Shown here: one piece after another, positions 1 through 13,706 of the stretch
Layout of the letters: each line of letters begins with the position of its first letter
Numbering within the stretch: the stretch's first letter is position 1
Source of the DNA: an uncultured bacterium
GTDB taxonomy: Bacteria; Verrucomicrobiota; Kiritimatiellia; RFP12; CAIWXQ01
Assembly: GCA_903916675.1 (NCBI GenBank)
Contig: CAIWXQ010000029.1
Span: 14,376 to 78,375, forward strand
Direction of reading: 5' to 3'
Length of the DNA stretch: 64,000 nucleotides
Translations under genes and position numbers: made by a program
The notes under the pieces: model-generated
Told to the model about the DNA's origin: nothing
The model's database searches: none
The model's input: the letters and a program-made list of their open reading frames with translations, nothing else

Positions 1-1
1 G

Positions 2-1942
2 CCGCTGATCGGCATCGTACCCCTCGGCCGCGACAAGGACGGCCTGCCCGTCACCCAGTACGCCAAGGAACCGATCGAGGAGTGCGGCCTGCTGAAGATG
101 GACTTCCTCGGACTCAAGACGCTGACTGTGCTGCAGGAGTCGGTCGACCTCGTACGCCGGGGACGCAGTGTGACGATCGATCTCGCCGCCCTGCCGTTCG
201 ATGACCGCAAGACATTCGAACTGCTGAGCCGCGCAGAGACGGTGGGCGTGTTCCAGGTCGAATCCAACGGTATGCGCCAACTCATGCGCGACATCGGCGT
301 GAACAACATCGAGGACCTGATCGCCGTCATCGCGCTCTACCGGCCGGGCCCCATGGAGATGCTCCCCAGCTACATCCGCCGCAAGACCGGCAAGGAGAAG
401 GTCGTCTACGACCATCCGTTGCTTGAGCCGATCCTCAAAGAAACCTACGGCGTGATGGTCTACCAGGAGCAGGTGCAGCAGGCGGCTAACGTCCTGGCCG
501 GTTACTCACTGGCCAAGGCCGACATGCTGCGCCGCGCCATGGGCAAGAAAAAGCCCGAGGTCATGGCCAAGGAGCGGGCCAGTTTCGTGGCCGGCTGCGC
601 CACGACCAATAAAATTCCCGCCCGACTGGCGGAAGAGATTTTCGATCACATCGCCGCGTTCGCCGGCTACGGCTTCAACAAGGCGCACTCCGCCGGCTAC
701 GCCGTGGTGTCGTACCAGACCGCCTACATGAAGGCCAACTACCCGGCCGAATTCATGTGCGCGCAGATCTCCTCGGAAATCGGCAATTTTGACAAGCTGC
801 CGGGATTCGTGTCTGAAGCCTCCAACATGGGGCTTACGGTCCTGCCGCCAGACGTCAACCGCAGCGGCGCGCGCTTCCTGCCGGAAGGCAACGGCATCCG
901 CTACGGTCTGGCCGGGATCAAGAACGTCGGCGTCGCGGCGGCCGAGGCGATCGTGCGCGAACACAAGGCCAACGGCCCGTTCCAAGGGCTGGTGGACTTT
1001 TGCCGACGCGTGGATCTGACCGCTGTGAACAAGCGCGCGCTCGAGGCGCTGGCGCGCTGCGGTGCCTTCGACCTCTTCGGTCTCCACCGGGCACGGGTCT
1101 ACAGCGGACTCGACTTCGCGCTGGCCCGCGCCGCGGAGGACGCGCACGAGCGGAAGACCGGCCAGGGAAACCTGTTCGAGGCGCTGGGCAACGCCGGCGG
1201 CGCAGTGACTGACACGCTCCCGGACTGTCCGAAGTGGGCCGACCGCGAACTGCTAACTGTTGAGCGCGAATTGCTCGGCATCTACATCAGCGGGCACCCC
1301 CTCGACCGATTCCGCCGCCTGATGCGCGAATTCCAGACTGTCCGGCTCAGCGGCATTGCCGACTGCCCGGACGGCAAGGAGGTGCGCATCGCAGGGCTGA
1401 CCACCAGCGTGGTCAACCGCCTGACCAAGGAGAAGAAGGAGCCCTGGGCGGTCGTTACGCTGGATGACGGCGAGACCGTTGCCGAGACGCTGGTTTTCCC
1501 CGAGGCGTTCCGCACCTATTCCGGCGCCCTGCTGCCGGACCAACCGGTGCTGGTCTGCGCCATGGTCGACAAGAAGGACGAAAAGGGCGCCAAGCTGATT
1601 GCCCGCGAGATCTACCCGCTGGCCGAAGCGCCGCGCAGCTTTGCGGAGGCACTGGTGGTCAACGTCAGCGCAGACGATACGGGCGCCGGACGCCTGCAAA
1701 AATTCCGCGAGGTTGCGGGCCGCTTCCCCGGCCGTGTCCCCACCCTAGTTCGGCTGGCGTACCCGGACGGACGACTGGTCCTGATCGAGAGTGCGCAATC
1801 GCTGGCGATCGATCCTTCGCCCGACTTCCTGGCCGAGGCCGAGAAAAGCGTCGGCAGCAACGGTCTGCGCTTTCTGGCCCGTCGGGACATCTGCCTGAAA
1901 CGCCGCCCGGAACGCCGCTGGCAGCCGCGCGGAAATGGGTGA
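2..1942 (+). CDS. dnaE: DNA polymerase III alpha subunit (5'-truncated by the window edge)
   Basis: KMDFLGL, GVFQVES, ALYRPGP, YGFNKAH, PPDVN motifs and a C-terminal OB-fold; the frame is open from position 2. Confidence 0.97.
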   Translation, partial: PLIGIVPLGRDKDGLPVTQYAKEPIEECGLLKMDFLGLKTLTVLQESVDLVRRGRSVTIDLAALPFDDRKTFELLSRAETVGVFQVESNGMRQLMRDIGVNNIEDLIAVIALYRPGPMEMLPSYIRRKTGKEKVVYDHPLLEPILKETYGVMVYQEQVQQAANVLAGYSLAKADMLRRAMGKKKPEVMAKERASFVAGCATTNKIPARLAEEIFDHIAAFAGYGFNKAHSAGYAVVSYQTAYMKANYPAEFMCAQISSEIGNFDKLPGFVSEASNMGLTVLPPDVNRSGARFLPEGNGIRYGLAGIKNVGVAAAEAIVREHKANGPFQGLVDFCRRVDLTAVNKRALEALARCGAFDLFGLHRARVYSGLDFALARAAEDAHERKTGQGNLFEALGNAGGAVTDTLPDCPKWADRELLTVERELLGIYISGHPLDRFRRLMREFQTVRLSGIADCPDGKEVRIAGLTTSVVNRLTKEKKEPWAVVTLDDGETVAETLVFPEAFRTYSGALLPDQPVLVCAMVDKKDEKGAKLIAREIYPLAEAPRSFAEALVVNVSADDTGAGRLQKFREVAGRFPGRVPTLVRLAYPDGRLVLIESAQSLAIDPSPDFLAEAEKSVGSNGLRFLARRDICLKRRPERRWQPRGNG

Positions 1943-2059
1943 GCGGACACGTAGAAGTCGAAGCGGAAGCGCAGAGGCACGATTGCCGGCGCACAGATGT
2001 CCAGGATGGCGTCTTCACATGGCCCAGCCATCATTCTTTCCGCCCTGCATCTGACATGA

Positions 2060-5544
<3,485 letters not shown>

Positions 5545-5611
5545 CCCGGCCTCCTGCTAGCATAATAAGCACTATGCACGGCGAGATCATGATATGGCAT
5601 GAGGAGGCGGT

Positions 5612-6754
5612 ATGAGCCGAAAACTCCGGATGGCGATGGTGGGGGGCGGCAAGGAGTCCTTTATCGGTCCCTTTCACCGCCGGGCCGCCCAGATCACCGG
5701 CCGCATCGAGTTGGTTTGCGGCGCATTCGGCAGCACCCGCCACCGTTCGTTTGAAGGGGGCGAGGACCTGTTCCTGGCGCGCGAGCGGATTTATGGCGCC
5801 TATCGGGACATGCTACGCAAGGAGGCCTCGCTGCCAGACGACGTGAGGCCCGATTTTGTAGTCATCACCGCGCCGAACAACCTCCACTACCCAGTAGCCA
5901 TGGCCGCGCTGGACGCCGGCTTCCATGTGCTCTGCGAGAAACCGCTGACCACCAGCGTGGACGAAGTGCAGAACCTCGGCCGCAAGCTCGACGACAAGCA
6001 GCGCCTGATCGCCGTGGCCTACACCTACACCGGCTACCCGATGATCCGCCAGGCCCAGAAGCTGATCCGTGACGGGCGGCTGGGCAACATCCGGCGCGTG
6101 GTTGCCGAATGCCCGCAGGGGTGGCTGGCTTTGCGCCTGGAGACGGCCGGCAATCGCCAGGCTGGCTGGCGCGCCGATCCCCGCCGCGCCGGCCCCAGCG
6201 GCTGCATGGCGGATGTCGGCGCGCACGGCGCCTACCTCACCGAACTGCTTACCGGTCTGCAGATCAGCGCGGTCAGCGCCGACATGCGCGCCTGCGTGGC
6301 GGGTCGCCAGCTGGAGGACGACGGCGCCGTGCTGTTCCGCCTTTCGAACGGCGCCCAGGGCGTGCTCTGGGCCAGCCAGGTCAGCGTGGGCGAGAACGGC
6401 GGTGTACGCATCCGCATCTTCGGCGACAAGGGCGGCCTGCTCTGGGAACTCGACAATCCCAACACGCTGACCGTCCACGCGCTCGACGGCTCATCCGAGG
6501 TGCTTCGCTTCACCGAACCGGTCACGGCGCTGACTGCCACGCCGCCCGCCGGCCGCACGGACTGCCTCTGCGACGCGCTGGCCTACATCTACAACCAGTT
6601 TGCCGACGGCATCCTGGCCTTCGATGGCAAGCGTGACCCAGCGCCCATCTATCCGTCCCTGGCCGAAGGGGTCCGCGTCGTGGCGTTCGTGGACGCCGTG
6701 GTACGCAACACGCGGCCGGAAAATACCGAGAAGTGGACGCAGCTGGCGATGTGA
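5612..6754 (+). CDS. Gfo/Idh/MocA family oxidoreductase
   Basis: MVGGG N-terminus, HVLCEKP motif, DVGAH. Confidence 0.9.
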   Translation: MSRKLRMAMVGGGKESFIGPFHRRAAQITGRIELVCGAFGSTRHRSFEGGEDLFLARERIYGAYRDMLRKEASLPDDVRPDFVVITAPNNLHYPVAMAALDAGFHVLCEKPLTTSVDEVQNLGRKLDDKQRLIAVAYTYTGYPMIRQAQKLIRDGRLGNIRRVVAECPQGWLALRLETAGNRQAGWRADPRRAGPSGCMADVGAHGAYLTELLTGLQISAVSADMRACVAGRQLEDDGAVLFRLSNGAQGVLWASQVSVGENGGVRIRIFGDKGGLLWELDNPNTLTVHALDGSSEVLRFTEPVTALTATPPAGRTDCLCDALAYIYNQFADGILAFDGKRDPAPIYPSLAEGVRVVAFVDAVVRNTRPENTEKWTQLAM

Positions 6755-6815
6755 GCGGCACCTCTGCTGGGCGGCGATACGGCCACGCGGGACTACAAGA
6801 CCTGCCGCACAAAAC

Positions 6816-6848
6816 AAAAACGACGCGCCCAGCAGGCGCGTCGTTTTT
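6816..6848. terminator. Bidirectional intrinsic terminator
   Basis: AAAAA-CGACGCGCC-cagca-GGCGCGTCG-TTTTT between two convergent genes. Confidence 0.85.
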
Positions 6849-6870
6849 CATTTACTGAACTACGGAGGCT

Positions 6871-7815
6871 CTACCCCAGCTTCGGCGGCTGAACCGCGGC
6901 GCTGGCCGGCAGATCCTTGACCACGCTCACCGCGGTCTTGATAAACCCGGCCACGTTGGCCAGATCAGTCGGGATGATCACCGAGTTGTTGGTCTTGGCC
7001 AGGCGGCCGAACTCTGTGATGTATTGCTCGGCCAGGCGCAGGTTGATGGCATTCGTGCCGCCGGGCTCCATGGAGGCCTTCGAGATCTCGCGCAGACCAG
7101 TGGCTGTGGCGTTCGCCACCAGCATGATTTCCTGCGCGCGCCCCTGGGCCTCGTTGATGCGCTTCTGCTTCTCGCCCTCGGAGATCGCAATGGCCTGCTG
7201 CTTCTCGCCCTCGGCGCGGTTGATCTTGGCCTGCCGGTCGCCCTCGGACTCCGCGATTAACGCGCGCTTTTCGCGTTCCGCGCGCATCTGCTTTTCCATG
7301 GCGTCGCGGATTGTCTGCGGCGGCGAGATGTTCTTCACCTCGTAGCGCGTAACCTTGATTCCCCACGGCTCGGAGGCCTTGTCCACCGCGTCCACGATGG
7401 CGCCGTTGATGCGCTCGCGCTCCTCGAACGTGCGATCCAGCTCAAGCTTGCCGATCTCGCTGCGCATGGTGGTCTGCGAGAGCTGCACCGTGGCAAACAT
7501 GTAGTTGCTGATGCCATACGAGGCGCGCACCGGATCAATGACCATCAGGTAGAGGATCCCGTCCACCTCGACCGTGATGTTATCCTTGGTGATGCACTGC
7601 TGCGGCGGCACGTCGATAGCCTGCTCCTTGAGCGTGTGCCGGTAGGCGACCTGGTCCATGAACGGCACCAGCACATGCAACCCGGCATCGAGCGTAGTGT
7701 GGTATTTCCCGAACCGCTGAATGATGAACGCCGTCTTCTGCGGCACGACCCGGATGCTCTTCATCAACGTGATAAACACGGCGAAGACCAGCACGCCAAT
7801 AATGAATTGTTCCAT
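6871..7815 (-). CDS. SPFH/band 7 (stomatin/QmcA-like) protein
   Basis: Start reassigned to MEQFIIG at 7815; ITKDN, WGIKVTRYEVK and QMRAEREKRA motifs. Confidence 0.92.
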   Translation of the reverse strand: MEQFIIGVLVFAVFITLMKSIRVVPQKTAFIIQRFGKYHTTLDAGLHVLVPFMDQVAYRHTLKEQAIDVPPQQCITKDNITVEVDGILYLMVIDPVRASYGISNYMFATVQLSQTTMRSEIGKLELDRTFEERERINGAIVDAVDKASEPWGIKVTRYEVKNISPPQTIRDAMEKQMRAEREKRALIAESEGDRQAKINRAEGEKQQAIAISEGEKQKRINEAQGRAQEIMLVANATATGLREISKASMEPGGTNAINLRLAEQYITEFGRLAKTNNSVIIPTDLANVAGFIKTAVSVVKDLPASAAVQPPKLG

Positions 7816-7846
7816 GATGCAGCCTCTCAGCTTCCCGTGACCGAAC

Positions 7847-8287
7847 CTACGGCATGCGCTCAACCGTGAGCACAATGCTTTCCTGTTTGACAATGCGCAC
7901 CGGCACGCCGGGCTCCAGCGTTTCGCCGGATTCCGCCTGCCAGTTCGCCCCGCGAAATTCCACTTTGCCCTGCCCGCCCGGCTCGATGCGCGCCGTGACC
8001 ACCGCGCGATGCCCAACCAGATCGTTTGCCAACCCATCGCGATCCGGGGACTTCTTGCCGACAAAGGCCTTTGTGCACACGCCGCGCAACCCCAGCAGCA
8101 GAACCACGGCCAGCCCGGCAAAAATGGTGCTGGACACCCATGGCTGCAGATTGGGCCCGACAATCCAGCACAGCAGCGCAACGATCAATGCCGACAGCCC
8201 GAAGAAGAGCGCCACAAATGCCGGCACCATGACCTCGATCACAATCAGAACGAGGCCGAGAACCAACCACATCCCCCACTGGTTCAT
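7847..8287 (-). CDS. NfeD family membrane protein
   Basis: Hydrophobic N-terminus and C-terminal OB domain (GKVEFRGANWQA); typical partner of an SPFH gene. Start MNQWGMW at 8287. Confidence 0.88.
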   Translation of the reverse strand: MNQWGMWLVLGLVLIVIEVMVPAFVALFFGLSALIVALLCWIVGPNLQPWVSSTIFAGLAVVLLLGLRGVCTKAFVGKKSPDRDGLANDLVGHRAVVTARIEPGGQGKVEFRGANWQAESGETLEPGVPVRIVKQESIVLTVERMP

Positions 8288-8383
8288 GTGAACCTCCGTA
8301 GACACCGACGACCGGCGCAATCGTCAGTTCGTATTAAACTGCACACCACGCGCGGGAGCAAGGAGAATCCCGACAGGGCGCGC

Positions 8384-9946
8384 TTATTGTGCCGTCACCA
8401 CGGCAAACGCCGGGAGTCCGGAGACACCGAATGCCCGGAGCATGCCGGCGGCCAGCTCCTGTTCAGGGTGTTCGGCGGAAACGCGGACCAGGAGCATGGA
8501 TTCCAACGCCTTGCGCACCGCCGGGTCTTGGAACGTAATGCGGTCCATGACATGGCAGCTCTTGCACCAGCTGGCGTGAAAATCGAGCATCAACGGCTTG
8601 CCGGAGGCTTTCGCCTCCGCAAGCCGTTTTGTCCATTCGGCAACATCTCCGGCAGCGAGTTCGTTGCCTCCCGCGGCGGGTGACATCCGATCCGTAACAC
8701 CATCGTAGGCCAGCCAGCCGTAATACACCGCCATCGCCGCAATCAACACGCCGAACCCATACTTCACCCAGAGCATCCAGGCGCCGGGCTTGGGCAGCAC
8801 AGCCAGTCCGGCGCCCGCCAGCGGCCAGGGAAACGCCATGCCGATGCCCAGCAGAAACGGCAGCAGCGCGGCAGCCGTGTTGCCGTCCTGGTAGAGCGAA
8901 CCGGCCAGCAGCAGCACAGCCGCCACCACAGGTGCCACACACGCACCGGCCAGCAGGGCGGAGATCCCGCCTGCCGCGCCCGCGGCCCAGAACCCGCCCT
9001 TCCCGCCGCCGCGCTGGAAGCGCGAGAGATCGATCGGGATCAGGTCGAACATCGCCAGCGCCAGCACAACAAACAGCGCGGCCAGCGCCCCGTTAAAGAT
9101 GGGTGAGGATTGGAGTGCGCCAAACACGCGACCGGTCAGAACCACCGCCATGCCAAGTGCGCCATAGATCACGGCAATTCCGGCGCCATAGGCCGCGCCC
9201 AGCGCCAGCCCGCGCCGCCGCGATCCGGCCCGCGCGCCAGCGCCGATGATCGCCAGGTTGATCGGAATCATCGGCAGCACACACGGCGTCAGGTTCAGCA
9301 GCAGGCCACCCAGCAGCACCAGCAGCAGGGTCCAGATAAACCCCTGGCGAACCAAAAAGGCCTTCGGATTGTCCAGGAACTGGCGAAATTGGTCCGGTGG
9401 CACTGCCGTTGTCTCGCCACGGGCACGCATCAGGAAAGTCAGGAAATCGCTGGAACCAAGATAGCCGGCAGCAGTGGCCTTCACTTGGACACCTGCCAGC
9501 CAGGGAATGGCTGTTGCGGCGGTCGCAGGCGTGGGTGCCGTGGCCAGCAGCGTACCGCCCGGCGAAAGCAGGAAGATAGACGTGCGAGCCGGCAGGCAGG
9601 AGGTGTCCGAGCACGCTTGGTGCTTGATGCGCACGCGCACCGGAAAGCCGTCCGTGGCCAGCGCATAGGTGCCGGTCACGCGGCCGGTAAAAACCAGATC
9701 CTGACCGCCCAGCGGATCAGGAATCGAAACCGGCGGAGGTGTGCAGCGGCCTTTGACTGCGTGGTCGTCGATCGAGACGGCAAACCGGTTGTCCGCATAC
9801 ACGTGCCACGGCGGCAGCGAATCGACCACCACCACCACCTGCCACGCTACGCCTGCGCGCTCCAGCCGCGCCGTGACCGTGTAGGGGTCTTCGGCGCGCA
9901 GCAGCACGGCAGAAAAAATGACTGCCAGTAAGCAACTGACGCGCAT
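8384..9946 (-). CDS. DsbD/CcdA-like thiol:disulfide interchange protein
   Basis: Signal peptide, N-domain CSDTSC, TM domain LTPCVLPM and ACVAP, C-terminal thioredoxin WCKSC. Confidence 0.88.
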   Translation of the reverse strand: MRVSCLLAVIFSAVLLRAEDPYTVTARLERAGVAWQVVVVVDSLPPWHVYADNRFAVSIDDHAVKGRCTPPPVSIPDPLGGQDLVFTGRVTGTYALATDGFPVRVRIKHQACSDTSCLPARTSIFLLSPGGTLLATAPTPATAATAIPWLAGVQVKATAAGYLGSSDFLTFLMRARGETTAVPPDQFRQFLDNPKAFLVRQGFIWTLLLVLLGGLLLNLTPCVLPMIPINLAIIGAGARAGSRRRGLALGAAYGAGIAVIYGALGMAVVLTGRVFGALQSSPIFNGALAALFVVLALAMFDLIPIDLSRFQRGGGKGGFWAAGAAGGISALLAGACVAPVVAAVLLLAGSLYQDGNTAAALLPFLLGIGMAFPWPLAGAGLAVLPKPGAWMLWVKYGFGVLIAAMAVYYGWLAYDGVTDRMSPAAGGNELAAGDVAEWTKRLAEAKASGKPLMLDFHASWCKSCHVMDRITFQDPAVRKALESMLLVRVSAEHPEQELAAGMLRAFGVSGLPAFAVVTAQ

Positions 9947-9977
9947 GGTGTCACCGCTCTGCCTGCCGATGCGGAAA

Positions 9978-10466
9978 TTACTTCCGGTCGCCGAGCTTTT
10001 TGTCCGCCATGAACAGCGCACCTTTGGATCCGGAGGCCATCTCCAGCATCCAGATGACTTCGGCGTCGTTGGCTTCTTCCTCGACCTGCTCGTTGATGAA
10101 CCACTGCAGCAAACCCTGCGTAGCGAAATCCTTCTCGGCCGCAGCCAGCACCATCAATTTGCCCAGACTGGCCGTAATCCCCTTCTCGTGCGCCAATGTG
10201 GCCTGAAACATGTCCAGCAGGTCCTTCCACTCCTTCTTCGGCGCAGCGATCGCGCCCAATTCGACTTTCGCATTTTGATCCTGGAGGTATTTCACAAAGC
10301 GCAGCGCGTGCCCCTGCTCCTCCTGGAACTGCACCGCAAACCAGGCGGCTGCACCCTTAAACCCCTTGTACATGGCGTCGGAAGACATCGCCAGGTAGAG
10401 GTAGGCAGAATACAGCTCGCGGTTGATTTGCGCGTTGATCTCTTTCGTCGTCCTGTCGCTGATCAT
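9978..10466 (-). CDS. ftnA: Non-heme ferritin
   Basis: QINRELYSAYLY, EEQGHA, LQWFINEQVEEE ferroxidase motifs; start MISDRTT at 10466. Confidence 0.93.
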   Translation of the reverse strand: MISDRTTKEINAQINRELYSAYLYLAMSSDAMYKGFKGAAAWFAVQFQEEQGHALRFVKYLQDQNAKVELGAIAAPKKEWKDLLDMFQATLAHEKGITASLGKLMVLAAAEKDFATQGLLQWFINEQVEEEANDAEVIWMLEMASGSKGALFMADKKLGDRK

Positions 10467-10510
10467 GGGAGTCTTCCTTTTGTTTCGGGCGGACCCGCCC
10501 GGCCTTGTCG

Positions 10511-11692
10511 CTAGTAGTCCAACGATTTCTTCGCCAACAAACGCCCGGCCGCACGGCACTTTTCCAGTGTCGCGGCATCGGGACGAAAACGGCAGATGAT
10601 CGGCTCGCACAGCGGCGCAATCTGCATGGTCTGCAGGTATTGAGTCAGTTCGTCGACCCCGCGCGGCGCCCAACCGTAGGAACCGAATGCCAGCCCGTAC
10701 TTGCCGGTTGGCCGCAGTCCGCGCAGGTAGGTCAGCGCCGCAGCCATGCGCGGCATGATTCCCTGATTGAGCGTGGGCGATCCGATTGCCAGGCAGGCGC
10801 AATCCAACGCCTCACTGACCAAGTCGGTGTCGTGCACGGTGTCGATGTCGATCAACCTCACCTCAACGTCCGACTCCAGCGCGCCGTCGGCCATGGCCTG
10901 CGCCATTACCCGCGTGCTGTTCCACATGCTGGCATAGGCGATCACCACCTTGCGCACGGACTTACAAACCATCCATTCCCGGTAGCACGCAAGGATTTTC
11001 TCCACATTCGCGCGCCAGATCACACCGTGACTGGGGGCGATCATGCGCAGCGGAAGGGAGCCCAGCTTGGCCAATGCCGTGGCCACGGGACGGCCGTACG
11101 GCATCACGATATTGGCGTAATAGGTCTTGGCCTCTGCCAACGCAACATCCAGCAGCACCTCGTCGTCGAACCGTCCGGCCGTGGCATAGTGCTGCCCGAA
11201 GGCATCCATAGAAAACAGGATCTGCTCCTCGACCAGGTAGGTGGCCATGGATTCCGGCCAGTGCACCATGGGCGTGTCGAAAAACTGCAGGGTGCAGCCA
11301 CCCAAGTCCAGCTTTTCGCCATCCGCCACGATACGAAACTTCCAGCCGGCCGTGTCGAAATACAGGCGCAGCGCCTCAGCACACTTCGTGTTGCAAACCA
11401 CCGTGGCTTGCTGACAGGCTGCCACAACCTGCGCCAGACCGCCGGCGTGATCCGGCTCGGCATGGTTGCAGACAATGTATTCGATCTGCTCCAGCGGCAC
11501 GCAGGCGCCGGCATGTGCCAGCAGGTCGGCTGCATACGGTGCCTTGACGGTGTCGATCAGCGCATGCTGGCGGCCGGAAACCAGATACGCATTGTAGGTC
11601 GAGCCACGCTCGGTGCGGTAGCCGTGAAAATCGCGCACAGACCAATCGATGTAACCGACCCAGCGCACGTGTTGGGAAAGCTGTGTGTTCAT
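10511..11692 (-). CDS. fprA: Flavodiiron protein (A-type flavoprotein)
   Basis: GSTYNAY, HAEPDH, VHWPES, DAFGQH and a C-terminal flavodoxin domain (SMWNST, FGSYGW). Confidence 0.93.
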   Translation of the reverse strand: MNTQLSQHVRWVGYIDWSVRDFHGYRTERGSTYNAYLVSGRQHALIDTVKAPYAADLLAHAGACVPLEQIEYIVCNHAEPDHAGGLAQVVAACQQATVVCNTKCAEALRLYFDTAGWKFRIVADGEKLDLGGCTLQFFDTPMVHWPESMATYLVEEQILFSMDAFGQHYATAGRFDDEVLLDVALAEAKTYYANIVMPYGRPVATALAKLGSLPLRMIAPSHGVIWRANVEKILACYREWMVCKSVRKVVIAYASMWNSTRVMAQAMADGALESDVEVRLIDIDTVHDTDLVSEALDCACLAIGSPTLNQGIMPRMAAALTYLRGLRPTGKYGLAFGSYGWAPRGVDELTQYLQTMQIAPLCEPIICRFRPDAATLEKCRAAGRLLAKKSLDY

Positions 11693-11699
11693 GAAAAGC

Positions 11700-12200
11700 T
11701 TACTTGGCGGCAGGGGCCTTTGCTGCCGGATTGGCCACCGGAGCCGCCTTCCAACCCGCCTTTGTCAGAAGGTCCCGCAGGCTCTTCACGTACACCTCTG
11801 CGCCACCCGGCTGGTATCCGGTCTGTGCCAGCACCTTACCATCAGCGTTCAGCAGCAGGACAGTAGGAAAGCCCTCAATCCGGTATTTGTTTTGAAGTTC
11901 GTCGTTCTGCTTTTTGACTTGTGCGGACAGTTGCTTGTGGCGCGGGTAATCGGCAAGAAACAGGATGAGGTTCTCGCCGGCATAGTCAAGAAACGCCTTC
12001 TGCGAGAAAACCTCCTTGTCCAGTTTTATGCACCAGCCACACCAGTCTGAACCGGAGAAATCCACCAGGATGGGCTTCCCTTCCTTCTGGGCAGCAGCCT
12101 TGGCAGCGGAAAAATCGTCCAACCACTTCACCTCGGGCGCAGCCATGGCTGCAGCGGCAAACAGAAACGAGAACAGGAACATGCGAATACTGGCGTTCAT
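11700..12200 (-). CDS. Secreted thioredoxin-family protein
   Basis: Signal peptide, FSGSDWCGWC motif, GFPT cis-Pro loop. Confidence 0.88.
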   Translation of the reverse strand: MNASIRMFLFSFLFAAAAMAAPEVKWLDDFSAAKAAAQKEGKPILVDFSGSDWCGWCIKLDKEVFSQKAFLDYAGENLILFLADYPRHKQLSAQVKKQNDELQNKYRIEGFPTVLLLNADGKVLAQTGYQPGGAEVYVKSLRDLLTKAGWKAAPVANPAAKAPAAK

Positions 12201-12305
12201 GAGGTTCCTTTCCACCGACGCACGCGTCGGCACAATGCATAGCTTTACCGACTATTATAACCGCTTTCTTTTCGTAAAAAAATACACTTCATAGGCGCAG
12301 CCGGC

Positions 12306-12872
12306 CTATTTCGTCTTGCGCAGGAGTGCCGCGATGGCCTTGTGAATCTCCTCTGGCTCCGCCATCCGCCCCTGACCCTCGCAGCCACAGGCTAGATCGC
12401 CTGTGCCAACGTCCAGGATCGTCGCGCCGTGTTTCCGCAGCAAGGCCAGATTCTCCTGCGTGGCCTGATGTTCCCACATCCGGCAGTTCATGGCCGGCGC
12501 CACAAGCAGCGGCGCCGGGCAGGCCAGCGCCGTGGCGGTCAGCATGTCGTCCGCCAGACCGTGCGCCAGCTTGGCGATCACGTTGGCTGTGCAGGGCGCC
12601 ACCACCAGGACCGCAGCGCGGTCTGCCAGGGAGATGTGCCCGGGCACCCACTCCTCCGGCTCGGAAAACATGTCCACGGTCACCGGCCGGCGCGAGAGGG
12701 TCTGGAAGGTCAGCGGTGCAACAAAGCGGATTGCGCCGCGCGTCATGACCACGGAGACGTCCCAGCCGGACTTGACCATCAACCGCGCCAACTCCGCCGC
12801 CTTGTAGGCCGCGATGGAACCGGTCACGCCCAGAACAATTTCCGGAGTTGGTTTACTGTTTGTCGTTTTCAT
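12306..12872 (-). CDS. coaC: Phosphopantothenoylcysteine decarboxylase (stand-alone CoaC flavoprotein domain)
   Basis: GVTGSIAAYK, APCTAN, PAMN, LACGCEGQGRM; no CoaB domain is attached. Confidence 0.88.
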   Translation of the reverse strand: MKTTNSKPTPEIVLGVTGSIAAYKAAELARLMVKSGWDVSVVMTRGAIRFVAPLTFQTLSRRPVTVDMFSEPEEWVPGHISLADRAAVLVVAPCTANVIAKLAHGLADDMLTATALACPAPLLVAPAMNCRMWEHQATQENLALLRKHGATILDVGTGDLACGCEGQGRMAEPEEIHKAIAALLRKTK

Positions 12873-12915
12873 GATTCTCCACGGCAGGTCAATTCCTGCA
12901 GATCAAAAACCGCTT

Positions 12916-13512
12916 TTACCCGTGCATTCCGCTGGTCGTCTCGATGATGCCGCACAACTCCTTGTACGCAATCTCCAGATTGTCGTTCAACACGTGGTAG
13001 CGGAATTCGCCGGCCCGGGCGAGTTCCTTTTCCGCGTTCTTCACGCGCCGCGCAATGGTCGCCGCGCTGTCCTCGCCGCGCGCCTCCAGGCGCTCATGCA
13101 GGACCTCCAGCGACGGAGGTCGGATAAAGATGTCCACAAACCCGGCGCGCATGGGGTCTGTTGCCGGCAGCGCGGCGACATACGACCGGATCTGCGCCGC
13201 GCCTGCTACGTCGATGTCCATCAGCACGCACTGTCCTTCGGAGATTGCCTCGTAGATCGGCGCCTTGAGTGTGCCGTAGGAAGAACCGTGCACCGTGGCG
13301 TGCTCGAGGAAATCGCCGGCTGCCTCGTGCCGCGCAAACTCCTCCGGTGCCAGGAAATAGTAGTCTTCGCCGTCCTCCTCGACGCCGCGTGGCTCGCGCG
13401 TCGTGCAGGAGATCGAATAGGTGATCTCGGGGTAGTCCTGCAGCAGACGCTCACAGAGCGTCGTCTTGCCGGCTCCGGATGGTGCGGAAATTACGATCAT
13501 CAGCGGTTTCAA
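12916..13512 (-). CDS. gmk: Guanylate kinase
   Basis: SAPSGAGKTT P-loop, SCTTREPR, YGT, DIDVAGA. Confidence 0.96.
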   Translation of the reverse strand: MKPLMIVISAPSGAGKTTLCERLLQDYPEITYSISCTTREPRGVEEDGEDYYFLAPEEFARHEAAGDFLEHATVHGSSYGTLKAPIYEAISEGQCVLMDIDVAGAAQIRSYVAALPATDPMRAGFVDIFIRPPSLEVLHERLEARGEDSAATIARRVKNAEKELARAGEFRYHVLNDNLEIAYKELCGIIETTSGMHG

Positions 13513-13585
13513 CAGGCGTCTCCTCCTTAGATGGCGGTATTATCCCCGCACCGCGCTCGGCAATGCAAGCGGGTTATTGCGATTC

Positions 13586-13696
13586 GGACACGAAGCAAGC
13601 AGAAGAGGGCGCAAAGGAGGCGAAGGCATTAATTCTGCGCGCGACAGCGCGCAAGCAAATCCTTCGTGCGCTTCCGCTCCTTCTTCCTTCGTGTCC
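13586..13696. repeat. GGACACGAA-type intergenic long imperfect inverted repeat
   Basis: GGACACGAAG...CGAAGG / CCTTCG...CTTCGTGTCC arms around a GCGCGC hairpin; relatives at 33920 and 36584. Confidence 0.65.
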
Positions 13697-13706
13697 TGCC
13701 GACCGC

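Noticed and set aside
6871-12200. Redox cluster as a novel system
   Set aside because: Thioredoxin, FprA, ferritin, DsbD and NfeD/SPFH are common oxidative-stress and membrane genes in anaerobes.
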